Both the position numbers and the translations under genes were made by a program. A stretch of 64,000 nt of DNA from an uncultured virus (IMG/VR IMGVR_UViG_3300045999_005873) (lineage: Duplodnaviria > Heunggongvirae > Uroviricota > Caudoviricetes). Location: IMG/VR virus record IMGVR_UViG_3300045999_005873, one strand, 5' to 3'. The notes below the pieces were generated by a model, which ran no database searches, was not told where the DNA came from, and saw only the letters and a list, made by a program, of their open reading frames with translations. Position 1 is the stretch's first letter; every line of letters starts with the position of its first letter. Shown one piece after another: positions 55,301 through 64,000 of this stretch.

Positions 55301-57708
55301 CCCGCGATGACGGCACCGAGGCCGACAAAAAGCCCAGTTGTGCCGCCGAGAACGAACGCCATCTGAGTGATGTTGTTGCTGACCGCGCGGAGCTTGAACT
55401 CCAGGCCCCCGGTGGATGACATGAAGTCATCGACCGCAAACGCGGCTTGATTAAGCGCTAGCGAGAACCTGTCAAATCCTTGCCTTCCAACGTCGCCTGC
55501 CCGCGACACATCGCGAGTGAGCCTTCCGACACTAATTCCTGACACGGCCGCCGCTGCCGCGATCGCCTCGGCCCGAACCTCCGCCAGCCTTCGCCGGTTT
55601 TCTGCGGAGTCGATGTTCCCCTCGTCGAAAGCGGAAGCGACGGCGTTGCGAAGCCTGTTGAAAGCCTCAATCGCTGGCCCGCGAGCCTCCGCGCTCGCCC
55701 TGCCGATAGCACCTTGCAGAATCTGCAACTGCGCGTTGTAGCCCTGAAGGGCGCGCTGATCCAGGCCGAGGTTTACGCCAGTTGCGCCAGCGCCACCGAA
55801 CGACTGCGAGAAGTTCATCGCCTGGGCGGCGCGGGTTGCTTCTTGCGTCATGTGGACGAGGCGTTGACGAGCGGCCTCGATCTCGGCGGGGAGGGCTGCG
55901 GGGGCAGCGGAGAGCCTAATGAACTCAGCCTCGGCCTCGCGGATGGCCGGCACGAAGCGGGCGCGGAGAGGTTCCGGCAGCGTGTCAATCTGACTCTTCA
56001 GCGAGGTGATGCTGCCAGCGAGCGTGGCGAGCTGACGGCGTGGCAGCTCAAGGTCGTCGCCCATAGCTTGGCGAGCAAGTTGCCGCCTGCGATCCTCGAG
56101 GCTGGACATCCGACCCATGTCGGAGATGTCTGTCCTCTCGCCCTGGCCTACCAGGCTCGTGCGAGCGCCGAAGCTGCCGAAGTTCCTGTCCAGCGGAGAC
56201 GACCGGCCCATGCCGGAGATGTCTGTCCTCGCGCCCATAGCACCAAGGCTCGTGCGAGCGCCAATGTTTTCCGCGTTCCTGTCCATCGGCGATGAGTCGC
56301 CGATTCTGTCCGCGTTCCTGTCGGGGGCGGCGGCGGCGTAGATGCCGTCGAACTCGCGACCTAGCGCGGCCATCCTTGCCTGCAAACTCTCAAGCTGCCT
56401 CTCGGCAGAGCCCGTCGGGAGCCCGCTGGCAATCTTCGCTTGCAGCCTTGCGTAGGCCGCCGTAGCATCGTTCGACCTTGACTTATATTCCTCAAGGATT
56501 GCGGCGATTCGCGGGTTTGCTTGAATCGTTGAGGCAGGCAGGCCAGCAGCCTTGTTGCCCATTTCGACGCCGCGGTCAAGCGATGACGCAAGCGCCGGCC
56601 TTGCGAAAAGCAGCTCCTGCCCGGTCTTCATGTTGCCGATCTTGCTTGACGCCTCGGCAAGGCGGGCAACCGCGGCGGCGGCGGCGCTGGCGCGTTTCTC
56701 GACAACGTCGAATTGCTGCGCGATCGCCGACGCAGGGAGCACGCCCTTCTCGATGTTCGATTTGAGCGATTCGATCTGCGACTGAGATCGCTTCATCGCC
56801 GGCAAGAAGCCGGCCTGAATCTCTGCCGACATCGCCGCCAGCTTCTGCGTGGCCTCGCCGAACGGCTTGTTGATCTGCTCCGCGACAGAGCGAATCCTCT
56901 GTGTTTGCGTGACGGCTTCTTTTATTGCCGCCTCGCCCAGGACATCCAATATGACAGGAAGCCGGACGGCCTCTGCCCGCTCGCCCGCCTGAAGAATCCT
57001 GTCAACGTCGGCGTCCTTCTGAACATTAACGCCAATAGTCGCCTTGATCGTCTGGCGGCCGACTTCCTGAAGCCGCGTCACCTCGGCAGTCGCCTCGCGG
57101 TACTGGGCGGCGAGCGCGCTGACTCCTCCGGCTGGCGAGCTGCCGCCAATCTTTACGGAAGCAACCTCTGCCTTTAGTTCCGCGACTCGCGACTTCGCCT
57201 CTGCCAGCCTTCGCCCTAGACCTGAGTCGACGAGGTTGACGGCGAAGTCGACTCTCTTCTCAGAAGAAAGCGCCCGCAGCTCGCGAACTTTCTCGATGCC
57301 GCCGACTCTGGCGACGATGTCGAGGTCTTTCGCCCGCAGCCCGACCAGAGCCTCTCTTAGTTCCGTGACGTTCTTCATCCCGCTGGCCCGTACTGCCACC
57401 GAGACCTGCGAGTCCCTCATTGAGGTCAGTCGCTGCCGAAGGACATCAACATCTTTGATGGCACCGGCAAAGCCCTTGAACGACAGCTTCATCGACGAAG
57501 CAGCCTGGAGCGACCGCTCAAACTTCTGGAGAGGCGTGTAGATGCCCTCGAACGACCTTGCCGCCTCTCTTGAGGCCGAAGTCAGGTTGCTCTGAACGCT
57601 CCTGGCGAACGCCTGAACATCCTTCGCAGAGGCGTTCAGCTTGCTCTGAAAGTCGGCCGTATTCGCCGAAACAACTGCACTGATTTTGCCGAGGTAGCCG
57701 TTTGCCAT
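52378..57708 (-). CDS. Tail tape measure protein
   Basis: 1776 aa, Ala-rich helical; after tail chaperones. Confidence 0.9.
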   Translation of the reverse strand: MANGYLGKISAVVSANTADFQSKLNASAKDVQAFARSVQSNLTSASREAARSFEGIYTPLQKFERSLQAASSMKLSFKGFAGAIKDVDVLRQRLTSMRDSQVSVAVRASGMKNVTELREALVGLRAKDLDIVARVGGIEKVRELRALSSEKRVDFAVNLVDSGLGRRLAEAKSRVAELKAEVASVKIGGSSPAGGVSALAAQYREATAEVTRLQEVGRQTIKATIGVNVQKDADVDRILQAGERAEAVRLPVILDVLGEAAIKEAVTQTQRIRSVAEQINKPFGEATQKLAAMSAEIQAGFLPAMKRSQSQIESLKSNIEKGVLPASAIAQQFDVVEKRASAAAAAVARLAEASSKIGNMKTGQELLFARPALASSLDRGVEMGNKAAGLPASTIQANPRIAAILEEYKSRSNDATAAYARLQAKIASGLPTGSAERQLESLQARMAALGREFDGIYAAAAPDRNADRIGDSSPMDRNAENIGARTSLGAMGARTDISGMGRSSPLDRNFGSFGARTSLVGQGERTDISDMGRMSSLEDRRRQLARQAMGDDLELPRRQLATLAGSITSLKSQIDTLPEPLRARFVPAIREAEAEFIRLSAAPAALPAEIEAARQRLVHMTQEATRAAQAMNFSQSFGGAGATGVNLGLDQRALQGYNAQLQILQGAIGRASAEARGPAIEAFNRLRNAVASAFDEGNIDSAENRRRLAEVRAEAIAAAAAVSGISVGRLTRDVSRAGDVGRQGFDRFSLALNQAAFAVDDFMSSTGGLEFKLRAVSNNITQMAFVLGGTTGLFVGLGAVIAGQAAIGLIKWANSGRSAEDQAKALNESLARQKSLVDDLAQSHKALADAILRGTASSSSEQARSIAFGRSAMRRQSAELAAERRDGTDSAAVAPMPISQMIRELYSPRERRNEFQGMAELRAEINKLQKQLEAATTVGEGATIQGRIRDTNRALFATRGRLASEVTPDANVVASSIRGSANESDRVNNDRFLGNNTQRMFSNIVTLGASALLGVNRARSVQANASNEGLRDLASQVPTSVQGQIQALRRAQEMKRPEQSQRDLGFIKTGAALAADREIAQFEALIKSLQKVVESGVVDSASKAYAASVDAADSIRAAQEDVADAIRRGVPSAIAFQSELDALSSELAAADDALRSAVSTSPDDANITPEARTAAIERAQERVNGVLRQRADVESRAREMRLGRTFGGERTTKALSSLEGNDRFANEQAGLIANLKRVIDDEAEARRKAVQAVARETALVDLIAKKREEAASAGGDIGKRKIAEADIKAAEADLEKAKAAREAASAASDLAQKASETAAALAEATAGIEAALTRIRKVGESALQRSEQGADAAQRAFEENPLRAGAREARDAAEERLINDRATVGNAQADLGNRRREIQQDPQMQAINGELEAITQRRKDLEAKSAVGGGLNQAESAELDAAAKREIELLRQREMMARQLTEAERKQLDAINNGILAREKELEKGRQRAAEDPTFKRSIDAANQIMADSERQANEAQQRYINNPTEKNRKERDEADARLRSDRQRAQELQDNLDNKRKEIEKDPAVAANNKAIAANDKRLADLAEKEAKGGLTDLEIEERKRIQGENRRMRGENEGAIDAGTRDERKSIDDEQYARNQRDRALRGRDLGMTDRERFRKEFTEGAGADINARAAEMRANGEDPTKFLRQALRNQMEQVAPMLKQFQDERQTAALQGPSRAALNVSDVSTSQGASELTRLLRGDDSAKDVNLAELQKQTGYLADIRADLKANNPGVLL

Positions 57709-57712
57709 CGAT

Positions 57713-58036
57713 TCATCCTTGAATTGGCGTACTCAGCTTCATCAACTCAGACATGATCTGCGACTTCGACTGCTCTGGCTTGACCACGCTCGGGATGAAC
57801 GCTGACTCGTCGGGGAGGTCGTGCTTCTTGTAGTTTCCCGACGAGGCCATGATCACCCTGCACAGTCTGGCCGTCTGACCCCAGGGGTCAGGAAGCGGCC
57901 ATCTCTGATCAAACGCATACCACTCGGCGATCTCCTTGCTGTCGACTTCCGCCAGCAGACGCTTCACGCTCATGCCCAGCGTTGCCGCTAGGCGGAAGTA
58001 GAAGCGCCTTTCTGGCCGGACGGCGAATCTTCCCCC
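57713..58036 (-). CDS. Tail assembly chaperone, -1 frameshift extension
   Basis: -1 frame after GGGGGAA reads GRFAVRPERRFYFRLAATLGMSV.RLL..S.E..EW. Confidence 0.75.
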   Translation of the reverse strand, partial: GGRFAVRPERRFYFRLAATLGMSVKRLLAEVDSKEIAEWYAFDQRWPLPDPWGQTARLCRVIMASSGNYKKHDLPDESAFIPSVVKPEQSKSQIMSELMKLSTPIQG

Positions 58037-58359
58037 AAGGCATCCACTGCCTCCTGCGTGAAGGCATTGAGCTTCCAGCCGGCCTCGAACAGGCGGTTGA
58101 TTACCACCGAAGACTTCTTGCCGAGGATGTCGGCCTCATCGTCGCTGAACAACCGCTTGCCGTCGTCATCGCACAAGGCAAGCAGGAGGAAGCGGATACG
58201 AAACGCCTTCATCTTCTGGTCGGCGTAGGACTCCTCGAAACGATCGCGGTCGGTGCCAGTGAGGACACGAAGAAACACGTCGCCCTTCCACTCGGGAACG
58301 GCAAACTTCTCCTTGCGAACGTCGTCGACTGCCAGGATGCTTTTACGATCAAGTGCCAT
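57988..58359 (-). CDS. Tail assembly chaperone
   Basis: VPEW.G.V..R.L.G.DRD.FE, LCD..G.RLF. Confidence 0.85.
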   Translation of the reverse strand: MALDRKSILAVDDVRKEKFAVPEWKGDVFLRVLTGTDRDRFEESYADQKMKAFRIRFLLLALCDDDGKRLFSDDEADILGKKSSVVINRLFEAGWKLNAFTQEAVDALGEDSPSGQKGASTSA

Positions 58360-58403
58360 ATCAATCTGCTCCAGAAAGTGCTTGCTGTGCGGCATCCTGC
58401 CGG

Positions 58404-58769
58404 CTATGTGCCTTGATAATCAGTCATCAGAAACTTGAACGACCCGCGAACCAGTTCGCCCGCCTGGGCGCTCACTGACGCGGACTCGCAGACCACGCGG
58501 CGGATAATGGTGTATCCAGCCGAGGAGAACTTGAGATCGCCGACCTTCCTGACGAACAACTGGGGATCGGCGTTGGTGGTCAAGAAGTCCACAGTTATGG
58601 TGCCGCCGGCCCATTCGCCGGTCGGCACCATGAACGTGTATCCAAGACTGTCCGTCGCGGCGGTCATGTTCGTGACCTCCGCCGAAGGCATCTCCACCGA
58701 GATGCCCGTCAGCTTGCCGACGAACGTCAGGAAGGTAAACGTCGCGCCATGTGCGGTGGCCCCGGCCAT
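58404..58769 (-). CDS. Tail tube-like protein 2
   Basis: Position; paralogous to 58790-59125. Confidence 0.6.
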   Translation of the reverse strand: MAGATAHGATFTFLTFVGKLTGISVEMPSAEVTNMTAATDSLGYTFMVPTGEWAGGTITVDFLTTNADPQLFVRKVGDLKFSSAGYTIIRRVVCESASVSAQAGELVRGSFKFLMTDYQGT

Positions 58770-58789
58770 GTCGGGTCACCTCCAGGCGG

Positions 58790-59125
58790 TTAGGCCACCC
58801 GCCAAGTCGCATTGCCCTTGAGGAGATCGCCGACGGTGCCGCCAACGGTCGAGGCCGTGAGGGTGGCGTTGCCGGAGAAGCTGAGACCGCCGGGGCCGGT
58901 GATGCTGAGAGCAGCCGACTGAACCGTAATGACGGTCGACGCGATGTAGTCGCAGGAGACTTCACGCTGCACGAACGTCGGGACGTACTCGCGGCGGCTG
59001 CCCACGGCCTGACCGAGGTGCGAACCGTCGGCGTTGTCGATCTGGTCGTTGACATTGAAGCTCGTGATCGTCAGGGTCTGACCAGAGTAGTTCATGGTCA
59101 CGCCCATCGCTGCAACACCGGCCAT
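58790..59125 (-). CDS. Tail tube-like protein 1
   Basis: Position after tail terminator. Confidence 0.6.
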   Translation of the reverse strand: MAGVAAMGVTMNYSGQTLTITSFNVNDQIDNADGSHLGQAVGSRREYVPTFVQREVSCDYIASTVITVQSAALSITGPGGLSFSGNATLTASTVGGTVGDLLKGNATWRVA

Positions 59126-59149
59126 AGTGCGCCTCCTTGCGCTAAAGTC

Positions 59150-59575
59150 TTATTCAGTGGCTTCCGACCACCGAATCTGAAATAGTTGTCGAACCTCGTA
59201 GGCTGGCGGGAGCTGGGCTCCCACGGCGGCTGGGTCTAGATAGTCATCCGTCTCCGACACGAGCCGTATATCACTAATTGTAACGCCCGAGAGGGTGCCG
59301 GTGCGGCCATCCAAAGCGATCCGCACCTCGTCGGCAAGCTCGCGGGCAGTGTCGTAATAGAGTGCCCAGGAGGCGATCTGGAGGTGAACAATCGGCTGGA
59401 ACATCGGCCCCGCAAGATGGGCTTCGCGGGTGATGTTGTTCCGCTTGTAGACGCAGAACGGCAGAACGGCGTTCTTCGGCACCGCGATCGGGTAGACCTG
59501 AAAGCCGACCAGCCTCGCCACCGCCGGGGTGGTGGCGAGCCTCTGGAAAACGTGTTTTTCTGGCGAAATGATCAT
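59150..59575 (-). CDS. Tail completion/terminator (DUF3168-like)
   Basis: VYP..P....P..VY, QI..WA..Y..A..LA..VR.ALDG. Confidence 0.8.
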   Translation of the reverse strand: MIISPEKHVFQRLATTPAVARLVGFQVYPIAVPKNAVLPFCVYKRNNITREAHLAGPMFQPIVHLQIASWALYYDTARELADEVRIALDGRTGTLSGVTISDIRLVSETDDYLDPAAVGAQLPPAYEVRQLFQIRWSEATE

Positions 59576-60309
59576 TGCGTCAGCCTCGCCAGCGTGTTTT
59601 CGATGGCGGCCTTGAGCGTGTTGAATACTGCCCCCTGCTGCTCGTCGATGGTCTGCTGCATCGCGTGCTTTGCCGGCATGGGGGCATAGTCTTCGCCAGG
59701 GTGTAGCGTGACGGGGTGCATCTTGCCGCCGGAGTAGCCGAAGTCGTGCGGGTAGCCCTTGCCCATGCCGGCCTGCCGAGTGGCCTCGTTGATGCTGCCC
59801 ATCAGGAAGTAGTAGCCCTTCGACATATTGGCAAACTGCTGGTTGTTCGCCGACGAATGACGCCGCATCTTCCCGTTGATCATCTGGTGGACGTTGAGGT
59901 ACGTCCGCCGCCCCTTCGTCCCAGGCTTGCGGCGGTCGGTGCCGAATTCGACGAGCCACGCATGATTCCCCGATTCTGCCCCCTCGCGACTGCCGGCGGT
60001 GCCTGACTGCCACGGGCCGACAATCGCGACGGCGGCTGCGTCGTAGGTTTTCGTCTTGATCCTTACCGACTTTTTGAGGTTGCCCGTGGCGTTGCCGACT
60101 TTGGCCCGGTATCCGCGCCGAATGTGTTCGGCGGCCTTCTTGGTCGCGTCCTCGAGCGCCTTCGGCTCGCCCATCTTGATGGCGATGGCCTGCAACTGCT
60201 CCGCCAACTCGCGGACGCCAGCCGTTTTGACCGTGACGAAGCCCTCGGCGAGCGACTTGCCGGTGCTGCCGCCGAAATCTCGCGGCGATCCCTGGCCTTG
60301 CGTAATCAT
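59572..60309 (-). CDS. HK97 gp10-like neck protein
   Basis: TGNLKKSV, HAWLVEFGT. Confidence 0.8.
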   Translation of the reverse strand: MITQGQGSPRDFGGSTGKSLAEGFVTVKTAGVRELAEQLQAIAIKMGEPKALEDATKKAAEHIRRGYRAKVGNATGNLKKSVRIKTKTYDAAAVAIVGPWQSGTAGSREGAESGNHAWLVEFGTDRRKPGTKGRRTYLNVHQMINGKMRRHSSANNQQFANMSKGYYFLMGSINEATRQAGMGKGYPHDFGYSGGKMHPVTLHPGEDYAPMPAKHAMQQTIDEQQGAVFNTLKAAIENTLARLTQ

Positions 60310-60626
60310 GTCGCTTCCTCCCTCGCCAGTATCTCATGGATCGAGCGGGTCTCTCGCTCAAGCACGCTGGAAATCTCCATCACGCGGCCACGCCAGAGGA
60401 GGCGGTGCTGGTGCGTGATGCCAGGGAAGAATCGGATGCGAATGCGATGCGTGACCAGCGCGCCTGCCTGCTGGGCAGCGAAGTAGTCACTGGCCCTGAC
60501 GCCCATGATGCTGGCGTAAACCGTGGCCTCGTCCTCCCAGGTCAACGTCGTCTCGCCGAACGAGCTTTGGCTCTCGACCGGCTTCTGGATCGTCACCCTC
60601 TCCCGCATGGTGCCGGAGTTGATCAT
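60306..60626 (-). CDS. Head-tail adaptor / head closure protein
   Basis: G.MRERVTIQ, THRIRIRF..GIT. Confidence 0.85.
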   Translation of the reverse strand: MINSGTMRERVTIQKPVESQSSFGETTLTWEDEATVYASIMGVRASDYFAAQQAGALVTHRIRIRFFPGITHQHRLLWRGRVMEISSVLERETRSIHEILAREEAT

Positions 60627-60629
60627 GGA

Positions 60630-60959
60630 TCACCCCATCCAGAGTGCGGTGTAGGTGCCTGATCCCGAGGGGGCCGAGACCGTGATCGTCGCCGTCACGG
60701 GCAGGACGGCCAGCCGGCCTGCTGAGACGTTGATGCTGCCAGCCAGTCGCAGGGCGCTCGAGCCCGTGTTCTTGACCACCAGCGTCGACAGGGGCGTGGC
60801 ACCGACGATCTGCACCGCCGCCGTGCCGACGCTCCCGCTGATCGTCTGGGCCGTTGTCAGGGCCGGCGAAAGGTGCTCCGCCAAGTTGCCAATCGTCAGC
60901 GACGAGTCGCTTACGTCGTGGTAGACGGCGTCAACGTCGATTCGGGCTCGCACAGTCAT
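60630..60959 (-). CDS. Hypothetical structural protein
   Basis: Coupled within neck genes. Confidence 0.6.
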   Translation of the reverse strand: MTVRARIDVDAVYHDVSDSSLTIGNLAEHLSPALTTAQTISGSVGTAAVQIVGATPLSTLVVKNTGSSALRLAGSINVSAGRLAVLPVTATITVSAPSGSGTYTALWMG

Positions 60960-61594
60960 CGGTAGACCCCCATGCTGGCCGCAGCCAGAAGCGTGTCGAA
61001 CGTCTGCGGCACCGACTGCGGAGCCCCGGTGACGGCCGGCTGTCTCGTGTCGTACCAGTGGGCCGTCAAAAGAAGAATCAGGTGCTTCACGATGGGGGGC
61101 GCTGCCTGCCCGTCGTCGCCGTAGCCCGCCGAGTACCGCACCGTCACCGAATTCTCGTCGCCGCGGGTCGCCGGCCAGGAGCGAGCCCACTGCGGGTAGA
61201 TGCGGCCTGGGATCACGCTGGCATCGACCTGAAAGTCGGTGGCGCTCGAGAGCTGGCTATAGGTGCCGTCGCCGCTGCGGTAAGTCACCGTCACGGCACG
61301 ATCCAGCATGGGCAGGCGGGGCAGGACGATCGCCCAGACGGGGAACAGGTCATACTTGACCTCCCAGACCGTCGAGCAGATCGTGATGTCCAGCACATCC
61401 TCAACGTACTGCCTCGCCACCGAGATCAACGACTGGATGTAGAGATCGTCCGCATCCGTATCGACGCGGCAGTGCTGCTTGGCGAACGCCAGACTGACCG
61501 GCTCCACGGCCGGCGGTGTGATGCGAACTAGGCTGCGAAACGGCGTGATCGACGCTGTCGGCTTCTGCGGCGTACCGAAGACAATCGTGTCCAT
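60956..61594 (-). CDS. Head-tail connector (HK97 gp6-like)
   Basis: EPVSL..AK.H.RVD, Y.AGYG, AHWY..R. Confidence 0.88.
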   Translation of the reverse strand: MDTIVFGTPQKPTASITPFRSLVRITPPAVEPVSLAFAKQHCRVDTDADDLYIQSLISVARQYVEDVLDITICSTVWEVKYDLFPVWAIVLPRLPMLDRAVTVTYRSGDGTYSQLSSATDFQVDASVIPGRIYPQWARSWPATRGDENSVTVRYSAGYGDDGQAAPPIVKHLILLLTAHWYDTRQPAVTGAPQSVPQTFDTLLAAASMGVYR

Positions 61595-61786
61595 CTATCG
61601 CCTCTTTTTTGGTACTTGCTTCGTCGTTACTTCGGCTCGCTCGACGGCCACTGGAACGGCCTCGGCCGTCTCCACCTCTTCGATCAGCCCACGGCGGATG
61701 AGGATGTCGCACATCCCACCAGCCCAGTCCTCGAAGACTTGGCCTTTTTCGTAGCAGTCAAAGTTTTGGAGGACGCGAATCTTCAA
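61595..61786 (-). CDS. Small hypothetical protein
   Basis: TTG start overlapping upstream stop. Confidence 0.5.
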   Translation of the reverse strand: MKIRVLQNFDCYEKGQVFEDWAGGMCDILIRRGLIEEVETAEAVPVAVERAEVTTKQVPKKRR

Positions 61787-62511
61787 TGAACCTGCCCCCA
61801 GGCGTTCTCTGGTGCCTTCTGGCCGCCGTTCCAATACTCAGTCGTGTGCTGCTGCACCTTGCCGCCCTCGGCCGTCCGAGAGGGCCATGTGACCATCAGT
61901 TCGGCGTGCCCGACGCTGACGTGCGTTGCCAGCCCGAGCTTGTTGCCGCAGGCGGCCCAGCCCTTCCAGAAGCCGATGTCTTCGTCAGTGTGCCCGCCCG
62001 TCCACTCGCCATCATCATTCGCCCTGGCGAGGAACCAGGGCTTCTTCATCTTCTTGAGGCCAGCCGTCCGCAGGAACGTCAGTCCGAAGTGAGCCGTCTC
62101 GACCGGCTGCACCACCTTCTGAAAGAAGTCGCCGTCCACCGTTGTCTTCTCGTCTGGACTGTTCCCCGGCAGGGCGAACATCACCGCATTCGCTTCCCGC
62201 TTGGTCTGGAGAGGAGCGATGGCGTCGTAGCCCGAGTGCAGGAGCAGGGCCAGGAGCGCCTCGACAGTCTTCGAGTTGAAGACCGTGTCGTAGTCGATGG
62301 TCAGGATCACGTCGTGGGTATCCACGACAGTCTCCATCGCTCGCTGAAGGCACTGGCCCCAGAAAGCACCCGTCACCTTGATGGGACTGATGCCATGCGG
62401 GGCCAGTGCCGACGAGACGCAGAAGAAATTGTCGGTAAATCCAAGTCGCGGGGTGCTCATCACCGCCGCGACTTTGATTTCCGCTTCGACGTTACCGACT
62501 CGGATCAGCAT
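61783..62511 (-). CDS. GT-A glycosyltransferase-like protein in head module
   Basis: TIDYD (DxD), HFGL, KPWF, DEDI.F, GH. Confidence 0.65.
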   Translation of the reverse strand: MLIRVGNVEAEIKVAAVMSTPRLGFTDNFFCVSSALAPHGISPIKVTGAFWGQCLQRAMETVVDTHDVILTIDYDTVFNSKTVEALLALLLHSGYDAIAPLQTKREANAVMFALPGNSPDEKTTVDGDFFQKVVQPVETAHFGLTFLRTAGLKKMKKPWFLARANDDGEWTGGHTDEDIGFWKGWAACGNKLGLATHVSVGHAELMVTWPSRTAEGGKVQQHTTEYWNGGQKAPENAWGQVH

Positions 62512-62587
62512 GGATCGCTCCTTGTATGGAGCGGGCGCGCATCCATGCGCCTTTGTCGGCCATCATGGCCGTCCCGCAGTTCGGGAA

Positions 62588-63010
62588 TCAGCCCTTGACC
62601 CAGCCGATGCAGCCAGCTTCAGTAGCAGTCGTCGGGGCATCGCCACGAGACAGCCGAGCCGTCACCACCGTGTTCACGCTGACCGCGGGGGTCGCCGTGA
62701 CCTTGAGGTAACGCTTCTTCGCCTTCGTGTCGACATCCAGCTTCACCACCGCGACGGCCGCCGTGTCGGACACGACGGGGATCGTGAAGTCGGTGCCGCC
62801 CAAGAGGCCGGTCACGTTCGAGTAGGACGAGTTGTCGTCCGACTCTTCAACCTTCAGGACGCTGGCAAACACCGTCGAGGCGTTGCTGGCCCGCATCACG
62901 GTCACGCTCGCGTGGTCATAGCCGAGCGTGTCGATCGTCAGGGTCACGGCACTCGAGCCGACCGAAGCCGGGACGGAGGCCACAACCTTTTCATTCTGGG
63001 CGTGGATCAT
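62588..63010 (-). CDS. Capsid-associated (decoration-like) protein
   Basis: IDTLGYD...LKVEESDD...KRYLKV; follows capsid. Confidence 0.65.
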   Translation of the reverse strand: MIHAQNEKVVASVPASVGSSAVTLTIDTLGYDHASVTVMRASNASTVFASVLKVEESDDNSSYSNVTGLLGGTDFTIPVVSDTAAVAVVKLDVDTKAKKRYLKVTATPAVSVNTVVTARLSRGDAPTTATEAGCIGWVKG

Positions 63011-63050
63011 GGTCTAGGGGTTCCTTTCCTTGAGGTTTTGGTTGTTAGGC

Positions 63051-64000
63051 TCAGGACGCCGCGGTCTTGAGGGCCACCACCGGGCCGGCGGTCGTGTTGT
63101 CGCCCAGCGAGTGGTGGTTAATGTCGAAGCGAAGCGTTCCCTGGAGGAGCAACTGGTCGGTCGTGGCGTACACTTGGTCGTACATCTTGACCGAGAAGTC
63201 ACGGCGACGAGCGTAGATGCTCGACAGGCCGAGGTTCGCGAACAGCACCTTCACCTTGCCAGCGTCGGCACCGAGCGTGCCGTCCATGACGTGGACGAGG
63301 TTCACCGGGTAGCCGAGGAACTGCTCGTTCACGCCGCCACCGACCTGCTCGACGGTGTTGCCACCAGCCGCGTAGCGGAGGCGGGCCATCGAGGCAGCGA
63401 AACCGGCCGGCGAGATGTAGAAGGCTGCACCCTGGCGGGCGTACAGCGGCATCCGGCCGATCAGCTTGATGAAGTCGGTCACGGTCAGGGTCTCGAAGCC
63501 CGTCGCACCCGTGCCGGCAGTCAGCACGCCAGCGGTGTGAGTGCCGTCGTTGATCTTCGGCACCACGCCGTGGATTCCGCCGAAGCTGGAGGTGCCGTCA
63601 CCCAACCAACCGCACATATCCTGCTTGAGCGACAGCGAGGTGCTGAACTCCACTGCCACAGCATCAGCAATCGAAACCAGAGCGTCCTCTACGATTTCGC
63701 TCGACATCCGAGTGCCAACCGCCAGCTTTTTGGCGATAAGCTGCACATTGGAATAAGTGGGCTCGCTCTCGTTTACCGCCGTCCCTTCGCCCACGAAGTA
63801 CGCTGCGGTGCCCGTAACCCGCTTGGGGATCACGAGGGTGTCGCGGGTCATCGTGACCTTCTCGACGTTGCTCGCGGCGAAGGTGCCGTAGTTTTCGACG
63901 AGACGAATCACGCGGGCCGCAAACTCTTCGGGCACTAGAGCGCCACCCGACGAGTTGCTGCTCTCGCCCAGGGCACGGCTCTCGACGCCGTGATCCTTGC
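63051..64000 (-). CDS. HK97-fold major capsid protein (5' end outside window)
   Basis: GGALVPEEF, FVGEG..E, L.AKKL, S.E..ED; frame open to window edge. Confidence 0.92.
   Translation of the reverse strand, partial: KDHGVESRALGESSNSSGGALVPEEFAARVIRLVENYGTFAASNVEKVTMTRDTLVIPKRVTGTAAYFVGEGTAVNESEPTYSNVQLIAKKLAVGTRMSSEIVEDALVSIADAVAVEFSTSLSLKQDMCGWLGDGTSSFGGIHGVVPKINDGTHTAGVLTAGTGATGFETLTVTDFIKLIGRMPLYARQGAAFYISPAGFAASMARLRYAAGGNTVEQVGGGVNEQFLGYPVNLVHVMDGTLGADAGKVKVLFANLGLSSIYARRRDFSVKMYDQVYATTDQLLLQGTLRFDINHHSLGDNTTAGPVVALKTAAS

Noticed and set aside
1..64000. tRNA, tmRNA or rRNA genes
   Set aside because: No convincing cloverleaf or T-loop found by eye; a tRNAscan or Aragorn run is needed to exclude them

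Overview
The window is most of the genome of a GC-rich, temperate, HK97-type tailed phage. A Planctomycete-like host is inferred from gene content, not proven. The left ~9.5 kb is a + strand early/accessory island: two 60-bp tandem arrays flanking a GP88-like gene, then about 17 mostly short genes (including a beta-clamp-like and an LPD/zincin-like protein), most with conserved hairpin-plus-RBS leaders. Almost everything else is on the - strand. Read right to left it runs: capsid, neck, tail, tape measure, a nucleotide-metabolism block, duplicated fibre cassettes, integrase (+ strand) and switch, replication genes (SNF2, prim-pol, UvrD), CsrA, a large C5 DNA methyltransferase with a nested out-of-frame ORF, PhoH, MazG-like, glycosyltransferases, GcrA-like HTHs, a papain-like peptidase module and a terminal HNH. 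The strongest unexplained signals are (1) the structured 60-bp arrays around GP88, (2) a genome-wide CTAC-N7-SAC(A/T)NT promoter-like motif, (3) covarying leader hairpins defining gene cassettes, and (4) the two-frame methyltransferase with a G9 tract. All family calls come from motif recognition by eye; no database searches were run.
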